DNA of 64,000 nt from the NCBI GenBank assembly GCA_038087875.1, contig CM075991.1, positions 5,766,001 to 5,830,000 on the forward strand, read 5' to 3'. The notes under the pieces were generated by a model, which was given only the letters and a program-made list of their open reading frames with translations, was not told the origin of the DNA and made no database searches. Shown piece after piece: positions 1-11,707 of this stretch (its first letter is position 1; the number at the start of each line of letters is the position of its first letter). Position numbers and translations under genes: made by a program. The stretch comes from Malacoraja senta (lineage: Eukaryota).

Positions 1-21
1 AATAAGAATGTTTAAGAATTA

Positions 22-1141
22 TTTTCCTCTGCATTGGTCCACGCTTGCTTCTGGCATATTCGAGTAGCGTGGCAAACAGTATCTGGTTTTTGTTGACTCG
101 TATTCGGGCTGGTTCGAAATCGACCTGCTCCAAAGCCCAACATCCGCTGCAGTAATCCAAAAGCTGGCGCGCCATTTCGCCATACACGGTGCCCCCGCAC
201 GCCACTTGTCAGATAACGGCAGTCAGTCAACTAGCCAGTGTTTTAGAAATTTTGCTCAACGACGGGATTTTCGCCATGTCACCAGCAGTCCAGAATTCCC
301 ACAATCAAGCGTACTTGCAGAACGGGCTGTCCGGAGCGCCAAGCAATTGATGGAGCGCTCACACTTTGCTAAATCCGATGTTTCACCTGCGAAACCTGCG
401 AAACATCGCCTGTGACCCAATACTCGGGTCTCCTGCCCAACGCCTGATGTCCCGACATCCCGTGGTATACTTCCTGTGCCCCAACATCTACTGCAGCCAC
501 AGGTTCGTTCACCAATTGCCATCAGAAACAACTCGAACTGAAACGCGATACCCAAACACGATTTTTTGACCACTTAAACCTCTATCCAGTGGCCAAGTCA
601 CTCGCCTTCAAACCAACAAGGATTGGGCCGTTTGGGCTTCATCCACAATTCCGAAAAAGAGTCGCGCTCATGCCTGGTAAGTGCAGAGGGGGGATCTACA
701 GGCGCAACCGTCAACATCTCCTTCCTGTCAAGGAACCACGTCCTGCTGTCTCGTATCCGGATGCGACACGTTCGATCTACACATCTACTGACCGACTTTC
801 TCCTCTCTCACGACGTGCAGCTGCAGACCAACCATTGATTGTGACTCCAGCTCCCTCACCACCACGCTCGGTGCTCCGCCTGCCTGCCTCGCCGTGTTTG
901 TCCCCCGGGTCCCCAGTGCTCCCGCCGCACGGTGAAGGGAGGAGATGCGGATCTGTACCGATGCGCGCGGGATGGGTTTGTAGGCCGCCCCTTAGATATG
1001 GGGACTTTGTTTGTATCAATAGTACGTATGCGCTATTACCGTTTCGGTTACATTATTAATCAGTCAGCACCTAGTAACGTGCTTCTACATATATATCACT
1101 TTTTTGTAGATGTGTTTCACTTTATATTCTTACAAGAAAGA
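22..1141 (+). mobile_element. Ty3/Gypsy integrase 3' fragment, degenerate
   Basis: Frameshifted integrase motifs: YLVFVDSYSGWFE, SDNGSQ, HVTSSPEFPQS..AERAVRSAK, LRN...GSPAQRLM, YRRNRQHLLP. Confidence 0.85.
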
Positions 1142-1350
1142 TGTAGTTTTGTTACTTTACCTGCTAACTAATGTAGTGCTTTATTATTTAAAGCCACACC
1201 TACTACCACGCCATTAATATTATGGCAACCCGACATGCGCTGTCAGTCAGTACTTCTGCATGATAGGAGTAACATGCTGAAGTGTTTTGTATACGTTTCT
1301 TAATAAATATTGTTAAACCAGATCTGTGAGTATGTGTGATTTACTCAACA
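1142..1350 (+). mobile_element. Putative 3' LTR of the Gypsy element
   Basis: Purine tract aagaaaga (1134-1141), then TG...CA ends, with AATAAA at about 1303. Boundaries are inferred. Confidence 0.5.
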
Positions 1351-1992
1351 AGCTTTTTGCCTGTTCCGCATCTCCTCCCGCTTACCTCAATGTTTTTCCG
1401 ACTTGTTCCCGGAGCCGCGCTCCCATCGTTGTTGCCGCGGATCGCTCTCATGATCTCTGCCGGCCATGCTGGATCGGTGAATAAAGTGTCTACAAACAAA
1501 TGGGTTATGCTAAAGTATAAGTTTAAAAGTGTTTTACGGTCGACGAGTGTTAGTGCTGATGTGCTAGTCTGAAAGATATTAAAAATATAACTGATAGTTT
1601 AAAAAACTCACAATCTCCACGGAGCTGCCATGACTGCAACTGGAGCAGGCCGCGCCATCTTGAGAGGGCGTTCCTTCAGGAGCTGACTGTGACTGGACCC
1701 GTCGCGCCATCTCTTATACTTCTTTTACTTCGCGCATTCATATATAATACTTTTAATCCATTACTCGCCTCACCTTTCACATCGATTCTTATTTCACTTG
1801 GTTATACCTATCCCTTCGTGAGCTTTCTGCCCCGTTAATTCTGGTGTCTTTCTAAACTTTTCCTATCCTTTCTATCCCTTTAACTCGATCCTTATATTTC
1901 CAATATGGCTGCCCCCCCCACACACACACACACACACACACCTCCCCCCACTATTTAGTTTACACCCACGTGTAGCAGTGGCAAACCGTCCT

Positions 1993-2142
1993 GGGATACT
2001 GAGTTGGATGAGGGATACTGAGTTGGATGAGGGATACTGAGTTGGATGAGGGATACTGAGTTGGATGAGGGATACTGAGTTGGATGAGGGATACTGTTGG
2101 ATGAGGGATACTGAGTTGGATGAGGGATACCGAGTTGGATGA
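1993..2142 (+). repeat. Minisatellite (GGGATACTGAGTTGGATGA) x8
   Basis: Eight head-to-tail units, one of them 17 bp. Also present at about 48334-48483. Confidence 0.95.
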
Positions 2143-2231
2143 TCAGCCATGATCATATTGAATGGCGGTGCAGGCTCGAAGGGCCGAATGGCCTATTCCT
2201 GCACCTATTTTCTATGTATCTATGTATCTAT
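1994..2231 (+). mobile_element. 5'-truncated CR1 3' tail with an amplified 19-bp repeat, nested in the CR1 above
   Basis: Matches the CR1 3' end at about 9126-9232 and ends in an octamer-repeat tail. Flanked by gtcctg at 1988-1993 and 2232-2237. Confidence 0.8.
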
Positions 2232-3099
2232 GTCCTGCCAGTATGCTGGTCCACCGCCTGTTAAGGTACAACAAGTGCGTTCTGTACAACTCACCCTTAC
2301 CTCAAAACAGATACCTGTGGTCTAAGATTCTACATCCCTGCCTCCTGCATCAGCTCCTCAGCCACACATTCAGATCCCCTATCTCCCTGTTCCCGCCCTC
2401 ACGAGCACAGGGAACTGGAAGCAAACCAGACATAACCACCCTGGAGGTCCTGTTTTCAGCCTTCTTCCGCGCTTTCTGAAGTCACGCTGCAGAATCTCTT
2501 TCCTCATTTCCCGCCGTCATTTGTGCCGACATGCACTACCACTTCCGGCTGCTCACTTTCCGCCATGAGGATGCTCTGTAATCGGTCCATGGCGACCTGG
2601 ATCTTGGCACCAAGGAGGCAACACACCTTCCTTGAATCCCGCCTGTTATCGCAGAAACCCCTGTCTGTACCTTTCGCGATCGTTCCCGATTACTACGGCT
2701 CTGCCTGACGTCTGTCACTTCGGCTTTGCTTCAGCGCTACGATTTGACTCGCAGGCCTATCCCCCACTCAGAATGGCTGTCTCTTCTGTCCCGACAGCTT
2801 CCAAGAGGGTGAACCTGTTTTTCAAGAGGTACATCCCCCGGGGTCTCCTATACTCTCCACCTTCCTTCCCTTCGTCATCGTCACCCACCTTCTCTCTTCA
2901 GGTACCTTCGGTGTAACGATCTCGCTGTATGTCCTGTCCAGCAAACCCTAGAGCAAGCCTTGCTTATATTGGCTGATAAATTGACCGATTAGCTAACTTA
3001 CCATTTTTTGGTAATTACATTCCTCAGCCAATACCCTCACTCACTCTTTCACCTGCCGCTCCTCTGCCGACCTTGACTAACCTGCGCTTGGTCCCTATC

Positions 3100-3510
3100 C
3101 CTCCAAACCTGTATTAACCTTGCACCTGTCTAACTGTTTCTTAAAGTATGGGATAGTCCCAGCCTCAACCACCTCTTCTGGCAGCTTGTACCACACACTC
3201 ACTATCCTTTATGTGAAAAGGTTACCCCTCGGATTCCGATTCAATCATTTCCTTAAACCTAAGTCTTCTGGCAATCGATAGATCTATTCTGGGCCAGAGA
3301 CTCTGTGCACCTACCCGATCTATTTCTCTCATGATTTTGTACACCTCTATAAGACCACCCGTCATCCTCCTGCTCTGCATGGAATAGACTACTCAACCTC
3401 TCCCTAAAGCTCACACCCTCCATTCCTAGTAACATCCTCATAAATCTTTTCTGAATATGACAATATCTTTCCTATAACATAGTGCCCAGAAATGGACACA
3501 ATATTCTAGC
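3100..3510 (-). mobile_element. CR1 ORF2 3' fragment
   Basis: Minus strand reads RMLLGMEGVSFRERL, a typical CR1 C-terminal region. Confidence 0.75.
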
Positions 3511-3513
3511 TGC

Positions 3514-4544
3514 TCAGGTATAGGGTGGCATTCAAATGTTCGCTACCCACCAAGTCCCCAATTTGATATCGAATCAACAACTGGAAAAAATGAGTCAAGA
3601 TATGCAATATGACTGTCACGTAAGATCGTTGTCTATAGCGAGCAAAATGGATCGGATATACCAAGATGCTCAGGGAACATATATTTTTGGGGTCGTTCTC
3701 CATGTCCCACGCCAGCTGAAGAATAAGACGTTTATCCTATACCAGTTGCATATTATTGGGCAGTATAAACAAGGAGCTTCGATAACAATGCACTATGCTC
3801 TTGAAAATAATGTGATAATTGATAAAGTATCAAGGGGCATCATAATGTACCGATGTCATCAAACAAGGAATAATGAGTAGGATGGAGTTTGGTTCATCAT
3901 TTACTCATTATAATAACGGTAAGCTTTCGATTGATGTAAAACCCAATGCTTCTTTTGCCAGTGTTGCCCATCAATGGGAAAATATGAGGTCGCTGCCTCT
4001 GCTAAGTGGCATTGAACGAGTGGTCGGAAATGTACTCTACGTTGGCATAATATTGTAAACCGGAGTCTTACGAGACAGATCACTATACGAGACAAGAAAT
4101 TAATGGTACCGTGGGTGGGAAAATCGATAACAGTAAGCTTCATTGTCGTACGGAATGACTCGGACGAGACATTAAGAAGATTTATCGCAAACATATTTCA
4201 ACCAATACCACACCTCCATGCTGATTGGAAGTTACTGACTAAGGAGGGTGAAATGGTTATACATGACTGGGATGAGAGCACTAAGCCTATTCGGATGCAT
4301 GGCAGAGAAGCAGAGGACATATTGGAGAAAATGGACTTGGTGGGAAAGAGCCTGGAACTGGGGACTGAATACTAACGTGCATCCTTTGATTAGTTGTTGT
4401 ACATAATCATTCATAGCGATTACTTTGTTCTTATTTTTGGTTTCACAGGATAAGTTGAAAACCCTGATGTTAGTTAGGCAGGTGGGAAGAGGGGATAACA
4501 GACAACAATTAGTTTCAGTAGGTGTATTAGTGGGTGCTGTTTAA
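3514..4544 (+). pseudogene. Env-like fusion glycoprotein, C-terminal part (frameshifted), from an LTR retroelement
   Basis: YIFGVVLHVP...TFILYQLHIIG, Cys pair, WTWWERAWNWGLNTNVHPLI, then hydrophobic SFIAITLFLFLVS. Paralogous to 42246-43627 and 49855-50885. Confidence 0.6.
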
Positions 4545-4553
4545 TATGGATTA

Positions 4554-7500
4554 TACTTCGCAGTCACGTGAGTGACTACGTGAAGAACCCGCCAGCCCGC
4601 AGGCGCGTATTACGTCTAACGCATGGCGCAGCGACTAAGTTTAAAGACCTCCAGGTAAGTTCTCGAACTTAGCTTGCGGTTGTTTATCTTCGTTCTTATT
4701 ACAGGTTAAGAACGAACAACTATGGACAAGGCGGGGGTGAAGTCCAGACGGGCCGCGAGGAAAACTGCTACGGAAGACCGCGGCAGTGCGATTAGCGGGC
4801 GGTCGTCGGTTTCACCATCACGGTCACTGACAGCACACACCCAGCAACCGCGCCTCGCTAAGAGTTCTGGCCGTAAATAGCTCCATTTGTAGTTACATGG
4901 GTGGAGGCATAAAGATTCAGGAGGTTAAACTCCAAAGGATCCTGAGCCTTCTGGCATCCGGGGTCAAGGCCTTCGCCAGGTCAATGGACGGGAGCTCCCT
5001 GTCTGAGGTTCAACCGGACGCATTGGCACTGATGTGCAATGCACATTTTCAGATAAATTGCTTTTGCAAGAATGCCATTCGTCCTGTCCTCAATCCCAAG
5101 TTTGCTGGTCGAGCAATGTGCAGCCGGCCAATTATTTATTTGGGGAAGACCTGTCCAAACAAGTCAAGGACCTGTAATCTACCAGCAACAGATGGTCTAC
5201 AGGAGCCAGTACCAGCTCAAGGACCGAAAGAACCAGCCAAAGGTCTTTTATAGGACAAGGTTCAGGCCGGCCGACATCGAAGATGCGCAGTTGGCGCACT
5301 CCAGTACCCTTACCCCTCAAACATCGAGGGCGGATATAAACATCGCAGATCCATCAATATCCATGGAGGTAGGTGGGTCTGGTTCTCTATGGAACATGCG
5401 GTGTGTGGGTCAATCACATGTTGGTGGGAGATTACGTTTCTTTTTGAATGAATGGCGTTCGATAACATCGGATATGTTCATACTGCACAGTATAGATGAT
5501 TTCCAAATTGAATTTTCTGATTCACTTCCACCCACACAGCATACTCCAAACCGTACTTTGGTCCGTCACAACAAGACGGTTTGGATGTACAAATTGAAAT
5601 TCAATCATTATATCCAAAAGTGTAATTGAGAAGTCGAATCATGAATCTCACCAATTTGTGTCCAATATATTTACAAAACAAAAGAAAGATGGGGGATGCC
5701 GAGTCATCCTGGACTTGACCCGACTCAGCACCTTTGTGCAGTACAGACATTATAAAATGGAAAATGTTGTTACTGCCAAACAATTGATTTCCAAAGGATG
5801 TTATATGGCATGCATCGATCTTAAAGATGCATACTATTCGGTGCCTATTCATAAGGATCACCGGAAATACTTAAAATTCAACTGGACGGGGCAGCTTCGG
5901 CAGTTTAAAGCATTGCCTAATAGGTTAACTTCAGCTCCCAGATTATTCACGAAATTATTAAAACCAGTTCTTGCTTTTTTAAGAGCTCAAAAACACATAG
6001 TAATGGCGTACTTGGACGATATCCTTATTATAGGCAAGACTCTGGAATTGTTTTTTTCAGCGGTCTGAGCCACCAAGCTCTTATTTGAGCGATTGGGATT
6101 TCTCATCCATCCAGTTAAATCCAAGTTGACACCATCCAAAGTTATGGAATATTTGGGATTCACTATTAACTCTGTTCATATGTCTGCAACTCTGCCTTGA
6201 AGCAAGATATTGGAGTTAATAGAGTGCTGTAATTACATCTTTACGAAGCAGCAGCCTTCCATCCGACAAGTGGCCAGTTTAATTGGAAAATTAAATAATT
6301 GTATAAGGGGTAAGAGTGTTGTAAAAACAAGCCTGAAGGCTTTGTGTCTCAATGCAAGGAGTATTTGTAATAAGGTGGATGATTTGAATGTGCTGATAGA
6401 TATTAATGACTATGATATAGTTGGGATCACGGAGACATGGCTCCAGTGTAACCAAGGCTGGGAGCTGAACATCCAGGGATATTCAATATTCAGGAGGGAT
6501 AGACGGATAGGAAAAGGAGGTGGGGTAGCATTGATGGTTAGAGAGCAGATTTACGCAATAGAAAGGAAGAACATTAGCTTGGAGGATGTGGAATCGATAT
6601 GGGTAGAGCTGCGAAACACTAAGGGGCAGAAAATGCTAGTGGGAGTTGTGTACAGGCCACCTAACGGTAGTAGTGGAGTTGGGGATGGCATCAAACAGGA
6701 AATTAGAAATGCGTGCAACAAAGGTAAAACAGTTATAACGGGTGACTTAAATCTACATATAGATTGGGTGAATCAAATTGGCAAGGGTGATGAGAAAGAG
6801 GATTTCTTGGAATGTATGCGGGATAGTTTTCTAATCCAACATGTAGTGGAACCAACGAGAGAGCAGGCTATTCTAGATTGGGTATTGAGTAATGAGGAAG
6901 GGTTAGTTAGCAGTCTTGTTGTGCGTGGCCCCTTGGGCAAGAGTGACCACAATATGGTTGAGTTCTTCATTAGGATGGAGAGTGATATTGTTAATACAGA
7001 AACAAGGGTCCTGAACTTAAAGAAAGGTAACTCTGAGTGTATGAGAAGTGAATTGGCCAAGATAGACTGGCAATTGATTCTTAATGGGTTGACGGTAGAT
7101 ATGCAATGAAAGGCATTTAAAGACTGTATGGATGACCTAAACAATTGTTCATCCCAGTTTGGCAAAAAAATAAATCAGGGAAGGTAGTGCATCCATGGAT
7201 AACAAGGGAAATCAGGGATAGTTTCAAAACAAAAGATGAAGCGTACAAATTAGCCAGAAAAAGCAGCCTTCCTGAGGACGGGGAGAAATTCAGAGTCCAG
7301 CAGAGGAGGAGAAATGGCTTAGTTAGGAAAGGGAAAATAGGTTATGAAAGAAAACTGGCAGGGAACATAAAAACTGACTGCAAAAGCTTTTATAGATATG
7401 TGAAGAGAAAAAGATTAGTTATAACAAATGTAGGTCCCTTGCAGTTAGAAACGGGTGAATTGATCATGGGGAACAGGGACATGGCAGACCAATTGAATAA

Positions 7501-9965
7501 CTACTTTGGTTCTGTCTTCACTAAGGAAGACATAAATAATCTGCCGGAAATAGCAGGTGACCGGTGGTCAAATGAGATGGAGGAACTGAGTGAAATCCAG
7601 GTTAGCCGAGAAGTGGTGTTAGGGAAATTGAATGGATTAAAGGCCGATAAATCCCCAGGGCCGGATAGGCTGCATCCCAGAGTACTTAAGGAAGTAGCCC
7701 CAGAAATAGTGGATGCATTAGTGATATTTTTTCAAAACTCTTTAGATTCTGGAGTAGTTCCTGAGGATTGGAGGGTAGTTAATGTAACCCCACTTTTTTA
7801 AAAGGGAGAGAGAAAACGGGGAATTACAGACAAGTTAGTCTAACGTCGGTAGTGGGGAAACTGCTAGAATCAGTTATTAAAGATTGGGTAGCAGCACATT
7901 TGGAAAGTGGTGAAATCATTGGACAAAGTCAGCATGGATATATGAAAGGTAAATCATGTCTGACGAATCTTATAGAATTTTTCGAGGATGTAACTAGTAG
8001 AAAGGATAAGGGAGAACCAGTGGATGTGATATATCTGGACTTTCAGAAGGCTTTCCACAAGGTCCCACATAAGAGATTAGTATACAAAGTTAAAGCACAC
8101 GGTATTGGGGGTTCAGTATTGATGTGGGTAGAGACTTGGCTGGCAGACAGGAAGCAAAGAGTAGGAGTAAACGGGTCCTTTTCACAATGGCAGGCAGTGA
8201 CTAGTAGGGTACCGCAAGGCTCCGTGCTGGGACGCCAGCTATTTACGATATATATTAATGATTTGGACGAGGGAATTGAATGCAACATCTCCAAGTTTGC
8301 GTATGACACGAAGCTGGGGGGGCAGTGTTAGCTGTGAGGAGGATGCTCGGAGGCTGCAAGGTGACTTGGATAGGCTGGGTGAGTGGGCAAATGCATGGCA
8401 GATGCAGTATAATGTGGATAAATGTGAGGTTATCCACTTTGGTGGCAAACACTGGAAAGTAGACTATTATCTGAATGGTGGCCGATTAGGAAACGGGGAG
8501 ATGCAACGAGACCTAGGTGTCATGGTACACAAGTCATTAAAAGTAGGCATGCAGGTGCAGCAGGCAGTGAAGAAGGCGAATGGTATGTTAGCATTCATAG
8601 CAAAAGGATTTGAGTATAGGAGCAGGGAGGTTCTACTGCAGTTGCACAGGGTCTTGTTGATACCACATCTGGAATATTGCGTACAGTTTTGGTCTCCTAA
8701 TCTGAGGAAAGATATTCTTGACATAGAGAGAGTACAGAGAAGGTTCACCAGACTGATTCCTGGGATGTCAGGACTTTCATATGAAGAAAGACTGGATAGA
8801 CTCGGTTTGTACTCGCTAGAATTTAGAAGATTAAGGGGCGATCTTATAGAAACGTACAACATTTTTAAGGGGTTGGACAGGCTAGATGCAGGAAGATTGT
8901 TCCCGATGATGGGGAAGTCCAGAACAAGGGGTCACAGTTTAAGGATAAGGGGGAAATCTTTTAGGACCGAGATGAGGAAAACATTTTTCACACAGAGAGT
9001 GGTGAATCTCTGGAATTCTCTGCCACAGAAGATAGTTGAGGCCAGTTCATTCGCTATATTTAAGAGGGAGTACGGTGTGGCCCTTGTGGCTAAAGGGACC
9101 AGGGGGTATGGAGAGAAAGCAGGTACAGGATACTGAGTTGGATGATCAGCCATGATCATATCGAATGGCGGTGCAGGCTCGAAGGGCCGAATGGCCTACT
9201 CCTGCACATATTTTCTATGTTTCTATGTTTCTAAATTAGTGGCTGCTTTCCCAGCTGTACAATTTGGACCTTTGTATTATCAACAATTACAATGAGCAAT
9301 GGTGCAGGCACTCAAACATCATTTAGGTCACTTTGACAGGCCCATGCAATTGACGGCTGAAGCCATTTCTGAATTACAGTGGTAGAAGTCCAATATTCAG
9401 CATTGCTCTAGCAATATTTCGGTTGATAGTCGACCAGTTATTTTACAAACGGATGCCAGTGCTCTGGGATGGGGCGCTACTGACACCATCTCTAGCTGCG
9501 GTGGCAGATGGAACATGCATGAGCTATCATTATTTCAGTTACATGGTGTTAATTATTTGGAGTTACTGGCAGCTCTCTGTGGATTGAGGGCTTATTGCGG
9601 GTATATGCACATCTGCATGTTCGATTACAGATTGATAACACCACAGCGGTGGCATACATAAATCACATGGGTGGAATCAAGTCAGTATCCTGTGATAAAT
9701 TGGCTAACCGCATTTGGCACTGGTGCATTGCAAGATATATTTGGGTTTCAGCTACCCACCTGCCAGGTAGGTTTAATACGGTGGCGGACAGTAGGTCATG
9801 CAAATTCAATGACAACACCGAATGGATGTTGAATCATAGAGTGTTTAAGGATATTATTTCTAAGTATGGAACACAGGATATAACTTTGTTTGCATCCAGG
9901 CTAAATCATCCGTTACTGAAGTATGTTGCATGGGAACCAGACCCAGGGGCTGTAGCGGTAGATGC
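4554..9965 (+). mobile_element. DIRS-type retrotransposon (gag-like, RT, RNase H, methyltransferase-like), 3'-truncated and split by a CR1
   Basis: RT: CRVILDL, IDLKDAYYSVPI, SAPRLFTK, AYLDDILI. RNase H: LQTDASALGWGA, LQIDNTTAVAYINHMGG. MT-like: LFASRLNH..KYVAWEPDPGAVAVDA. No recombinase ORF is seen. Confidence 0.9.
6294..9232 (+). mobile_element. CR1 LINE, near-complete ORF2 (APE+RT), inactive
   Basis: [25 protein letters not shown], catalytic FADD changed to FAYD, octamer-repeat tail. TSD aaatta at 6288-6293 and 9233-9238. Removing it restores the DIRS frame LIGKL|VAAFP. Confidence 0.95.
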
Positions 9966-10250
9966 AATCCAAACCACTTTTGTCTCATCTGCAAACTTTC
10001 TAATCTTGCCATGTACATTCTCATACTGTAATGTATATACATGCGAAACAGAAATGGGCCAAGCATAGCACTCTGAGGCACACCACGGGCCTCCAGTCCG
10101 AGAAACAACCTTCCACTATTACCCTCTGTTTCCTTCCATGAAGCCAATTGTCTATACATCCGGTTATTTTTCCTTGAATCCCATGCGATCTAACCTTCCA
10201 AAGCAGCTTATCATGTGGAACTTTGTCAAATGTTTTGCTGAAGTCCAAAT
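9966..10250 (-). mobile_element. CR1 RT fragment
   Basis: VYLDFSKTFDKVPH...NWLHGRKQRV. Confidence 0.8.
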
Positions 10251-10770
10251 ACACTGTATACAACATCTGCAGCTCTGCCCTCGTCAACATTTTTGGTCGC
10301 ATCTTAAAATATGAATATTTCCTATCCTGTGTAACCTATCCCTCAGAATGCTCTCTAGTAACTTTGCAACTGCAGATGTTAAGTTCACTGGCATGTAGTT
10401 CCCAGAATTTTCCATCTTTCCTTTCTTGAGAGCTAAACTCCCCACGTGATTTCTTTTAACAGCCGCTCCGTATTCCTCACAAGTGATTCCAATATCTGCT
10501 TGGATGTGTTGATATCATTGGAAGTCAGGAAATGCATCCATTGGTTAATTAGCATCGTCAGTGACTGTTGATCCTACGAATAATAACTTCCGAGTGGCAA
10601 GATGGTGGCGTGAATCATTCCTTTCAAGGAAGACGTATGTCTAACGTTACTTCCCAAACTAAGATCCTTATTGTTAAAGAAGGAACTGCAGATGCTGGAA
10701 AATCGAAGGTACACAAAAATGCTGGAGAAACTCAGCGGGTGCAGCAGCATCTATGGAGCGAAGGAAATAG

Positions 10771-10802
10771 GTAACGTTTCGGGCCGAAACCCTTCTTCAG
10801 AC
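10771..10802 (-). ncRNA. Minimal hammerhead ribozyme motif (inverted copy)
   Basis: Exact reverse complement of 11195-11226. Confidence 0.65.
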
Positions 10803-11194
10803 TGATAGGGGGTGGGGAGAAGAAAGGAAAAAAGGAAAAGGAGGAGGAGGAGCCCGAGGGCTGGGGGAGGGGAGGAGACAACCAGATGGCTGATGAAGGG
10901 GAGGGGACAGCCAGGGCTAGCAGAATTGGGAGAATTCAACGTTCAGGCCAACAGGATGTAGACTGCCCAAGCGGAATATGAGGTGCATTTCCTCCAATTT
11001 ACGGTGTTGCTCGCTGTGGCCATGGAGGAGAAAGTCTACATCCTGTTGGCCTGAACGTTGAATTCTCCCAATTCTGCTAGCCCTGGCTGTCCCCTCCCCT
11101 TCATCAGCCATCTGGTTGTCTCCTCCCCTCCCCCAGCCCTCGGGCTCCTCCTCCTCCTTTTCCTTTTTTCCTTTCTTCTCCCCACCCCCTATCA

Positions 11195-11226
11195 GTCTGA
11201 AGAAGGGTTTCGGCCCGAAACGTTAC
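11195..11226 (+). ncRNA. Minimal type I hammerhead ribozyme motif (Penelope-associated)
   Basis: gt-CUGAAGA-a-GGGU-uucg-GCCC-GAAA-C-GUU-ac: conserved core, UUCG-capped stem II, loopless palindromic stem III, very short stem I. Confidence 0.65.
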
Positions 11227-11707
11227 CTATTTCCTTCGCTCCATAGATGCTGCTGCACCCGCTGAGTTTCTCCAGCATTTTTGTGTACCTAAGATCCTTA
11301 TTGCTTGATTTGACTAAATCACACTGTGCAACTAATGCTATTAATGTTACATATTTGAAGTTCATTGTTCAGGTTAGAAATAATATTGTTCGCAGGAATA
11401 ATTACATTTAAGAAACCTTTAACCTTGTGTCACAGAAATAGAGTTTTCAACATTCCCTTTTATAAAATGTGACAAAAACATTAAAATTAACAGTTCGTGT
11501 AATCCCTCGAAGACAGAAATTCCTTGCGCAATGAAAAAAAACAGTTACGGTTGATGTTTGTTAAGTGGGCTGAGGGTGATGTGCCAGAGGTCACGCTAAT
11601 TGTCTCAGAGTAATGTCCTCTTTTGTATAAATCTGTGCTAAATCAATCACCACTACAGATGGACAGTTGGAAAGTTATGTGTGATTGTTCGCTGCTTCAC
11701 ATGGAAG

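Larger units (their letters stand above)
1720..3075 (-). mobile_element. CR1 LINE 5' part (5'UTR, SGNH-esterase-like ORF1, start of APE), degenerate
   Basis: Minus-strand translation gives CCLLGAKIQ...EQPEVVVHVGTN (ORF1) and YMNARS (APE start). Confidence 0.7.
10674..11288. mobile_element. Truncated Penelope-like element with an inverted pseudo-LTR, present only in copy A
   Basis: 15-bp TSD ctaagatccttattg at 10659-10673 and 11289-11303. Empty site at about 57526-57540. Inverted arms of 258 bp at 10707-10964 and 11033-11290. Minus strand encodes RKLEEMHLIFRLGSLHPVGLNVEF, like a PLE GIY-YIG C-terminus. Confidence 0.85.

Noticed and set aside
1993..2142. CRISPR-like repeat array
   Set aside because: There are no spacers and no cas genes, the context is eukaryotic, and the unit derives from the CR1 3' end.
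3514..4544. Domesticated syncytin-like env gene
   Set aside because: Every copy in the window has frameshifts and stops, so nothing indicates a preserved ORF here.
6210..7109. Novel 299-aa fusion protein
   Set aside because: Chance in-frame join of DIRS RT and the inserted CR1 endonuclease at the TSD. It starts at TTG and has stops on both sides.
10751..11246. Two identical 62-aa genes on opposite strands
   Set aside because: By-product of the inverted repeat arms.
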